Below, in pieces: positions 62,517 through 64,000 of a stretch of 64,000 nt of DNA. Origin of the DNA: a plasmid. The notes under the pieces are model-generated. The model had not been told where the DNA came from. It did not search any database and saw nothing but the letters and a program-made list of their open reading frames with translations. The stretch is from the sequence record NZ_CP069608.1; one strand, given 5' to 3'. Position 1 is the first letter of the stretch; every line of letters starts with the position of its first letter. Made by a program: the position numbers and the translations under genes.

Positions 62517-63911
62517 TTAACAACCACAGTTCGAACTGTTACTATCCGTACTGCATGAGCTTTCTTGCTGTAAATTCACGCTACAAACCCCAGTCTCGGG
62601 TAGATCTAGCTCTACTCTCTTAGCTGCTTCGTAATCCCCAGCAAGATGAGCAGCAATTGATCGCACTTGTTCATAGCCAGTTGCCATTAAAAATGTTGGT
62701 GCACGCCCATAACTTTTAGCTCCTACAATATAAAAATCCTTTTCAGGTTGTCGAAGTTCTTCTTCTCCATGTGCGCGAACAGTACCACAACTATGCAGAT
62801 TTGGATCAATTAGAGGAGATAATTTTTCTACACTCTCTGTAATCGAATCAATGGCTGTACGTAATTCACTGATAATCGTAAAGTCTGGGCGATTGCCGGC
62901 ATTTACAATCATTTCATCAATACCTGTCAGAAGTTCTTCTTCTCCTTTATGCTTTCCTATAATATCTATATGGTTATTGAATTCCTTCACATATTGAATC
63001 TTATAAGGTGTTACTACCTTTACTTTTCCTGTATCTACAAGGTCGTGAATCCGACTTCCAAGAGCTCCCCTTTCTGCAAGAGCATCTTTTTCTTCCCCAC
63101 CATATGCTTCTTCTACTTTTTGTTTTCTCATAATCCAAATGATATCTGTTTGTGGATGAGTTTCCTGCAATTGAGCTAATTCTAATAAAGTATTAATAGC
63201 TGAATGACCACTTCCTACAACTGCTACACGTTTATCTGCATATCGAGATCTATCCGTTTCTAACACATTTGGAATGCCGTAAAAGATGTGGTCTTGAAGG
63301 GACCGTTCTCCTTTTAGCCAGACACCACCTGAATTAGCAGGATTCGGGTTACCCCAGGTACCAGAAGCATCTAAGATCGCTCTAGCTTCGTATGTTTGAA
63401 GTTCACCATCTTTTACTGCATAAATTAAGAAAGGTTTATTTTCACGACCAGCCGTTTTCATCTTATCTGTTTCTTCTCGCGTAATGGAAAGAACCTTCGT
63501 GTTAACATGCACGTGTGGCTTTATTTCTGGAATGTTTGCTAATGGCTCTAAATAGCCTTCTACAAGCTCTTTTCCTGTAGGTAATGTTTCTAATTCAGGA
63601 GATCTCCAGCCATTTTGTTCTAAAAGAGCGTGTGCTGCTTTATCAATGTTGTAACGCCAAGATGAGAATAAGCGAACATGCTCCCATGTTAAAATATTGG
63701 CCCCTACCTGTGAACCTGCTTCTAACAAAATGAATGATTGACCTTGTTTAGTTAGGTGTGCTGCTGCTGCAAGTCCAATCGGTCCTCCCCCAATAATGGC
63801 TACAGGTAAATGTTTATGCTTTGTTTCTTCCACCTGCGTAGTAATTGGTTCAAATTTAATCTCTGGTGAGCAACAAGATGTTGTATTTAACGGAATTTTA
63901 ATAGGTTTCAT
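62517..63911 (-). CDS. FAD/NAD(P)-binding flavoprotein (ArsO/CzcO-like flavin monooxygenase family) with Cys-rich N- and C-termini
   Basis: Two Rossmann motifs (GGGPIG, GSGHSA). N-terminal TSCCSPE. C-terminal SSCSTDSNSSNCGC. Start refined to MKPIKIP after GAGGAG. Confidence 0.65.
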   Translation of the reverse strand: MKPIKIPLNTTSCCSPEIKFEPITTQVEETKHKHLPVAIIGGGPIGLAAAAHLTKQGQSFILLEAGSQVGANILTWEHVRLFSSWRYNIDKAAHALLEQNGWRSPELETLPTGKELVEGYLEPLANIPEIKPHVHVNTKVLSITREETDKMKTAGRENKPFLIYAVKDGELQTYEARAILDASGTWGNPNPANSGGVWLKGERSLQDHIFYGIPNVLETDRSRYADKRVAVVGSGHSAINTLLELAQLQETHPQTDIIWIMRKQKVEEAYGGEEKDALAERGALGSRIHDLVDTGKVKVVTPYKIQYVKEFNNHIDIIGKHKGEEELLTGIDEMIVNAGNRPDFTIISELRTAIDSITESVEKLSPLIDPNLHSCGTVRAHGEEELRQPEKDFYIVGAKSYGRAPTFLMATGYEQVRSIAAHLAGDYEAAKRVELDLPETGVCSVNLQQESSCSTDSNSSNCGC

Positions 63912-64000
63912 AAGAATTCTCCTCATTTCTACATGATAAATTGTTCTTTCCTTAATCTTAAATCAAAAAAAATTGATTTATTAGGTGTGAAAACAGAATT

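Noticed and set aside
1-64000. CRISPR arrays, tRNA/rRNA genes, prophage structural genes
   Set aside because: No regularly spaced direct repeats, no tRNA-like T-loop/acceptor patterns and no phage capsid/terminase-like ORFs seen.

Overview
This is AT-rich, Bacillus-like chromosomal DNA (probably Bacillaceae; proteins resemble B. subtilis QoxABCD, ResA, PrsW, LtaS and CsoR). It is densely coding and mosaic, and I see no rRNA, tRNA or CRISPR.

The first ~37 kb carries housekeeping and envelope genes: a GH13 amylase, a CzcD-like CDF exporter, split copC/copD, alkaline phosphatase, a polysaccharide deacetylase, the qoxABCD aa3 quinol oxidase operon, an M42 peptidase, a ResA paralog, PrsW and LtaS. 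Three different, apparently intact IS21-family elements (istA-istB) interrupt this stretch. One has a clean 5-bp target-site duplication.

The remaining ~26 kb is a metal/metalloid homeostasis island. It holds a Fur-box-preceded FTR1/EfeU-like iron permease, mntH, and a lipoprotein multicopper oxidase with an adjacent HK-RR pair. It also holds csoR-copZ-copA, a thioredoxin-like 2Fe-2S protein, a YdhK/DUF1541 lipoprotein and two tandem Csp3-like Cys-rich four-helix-bundle proteins. Next comes a BlaI/BlaR1-like module. After that is a long same-strand arsenic locus: arsR-arsB-arsC-arsD-arsA plus a CX5R phosphatase and a HesB-like vicinal-Cys protein, then separately terminated acr3, an MFS pump and an ArsO/CzcO-like flavoprotein with Cys-rich termini.

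The most unusual item is a sensor-less BlaR1-like M56 protease with a BlaI-family repressor. Two perfect TACTACA-N4-TGTAGTA operators bracket a sigmaA-like promoter that drives a tiny secreted peptide made of four DCM(E/K)MMK repeats. I read this as a candidate undescribed proteolysis-gated metal (copper?) response module.

A GC-rich ~530-nt noncoding block downstream of qox begins GTGCG and looks like an ORF-less or degenerate group II intron-like RNA.
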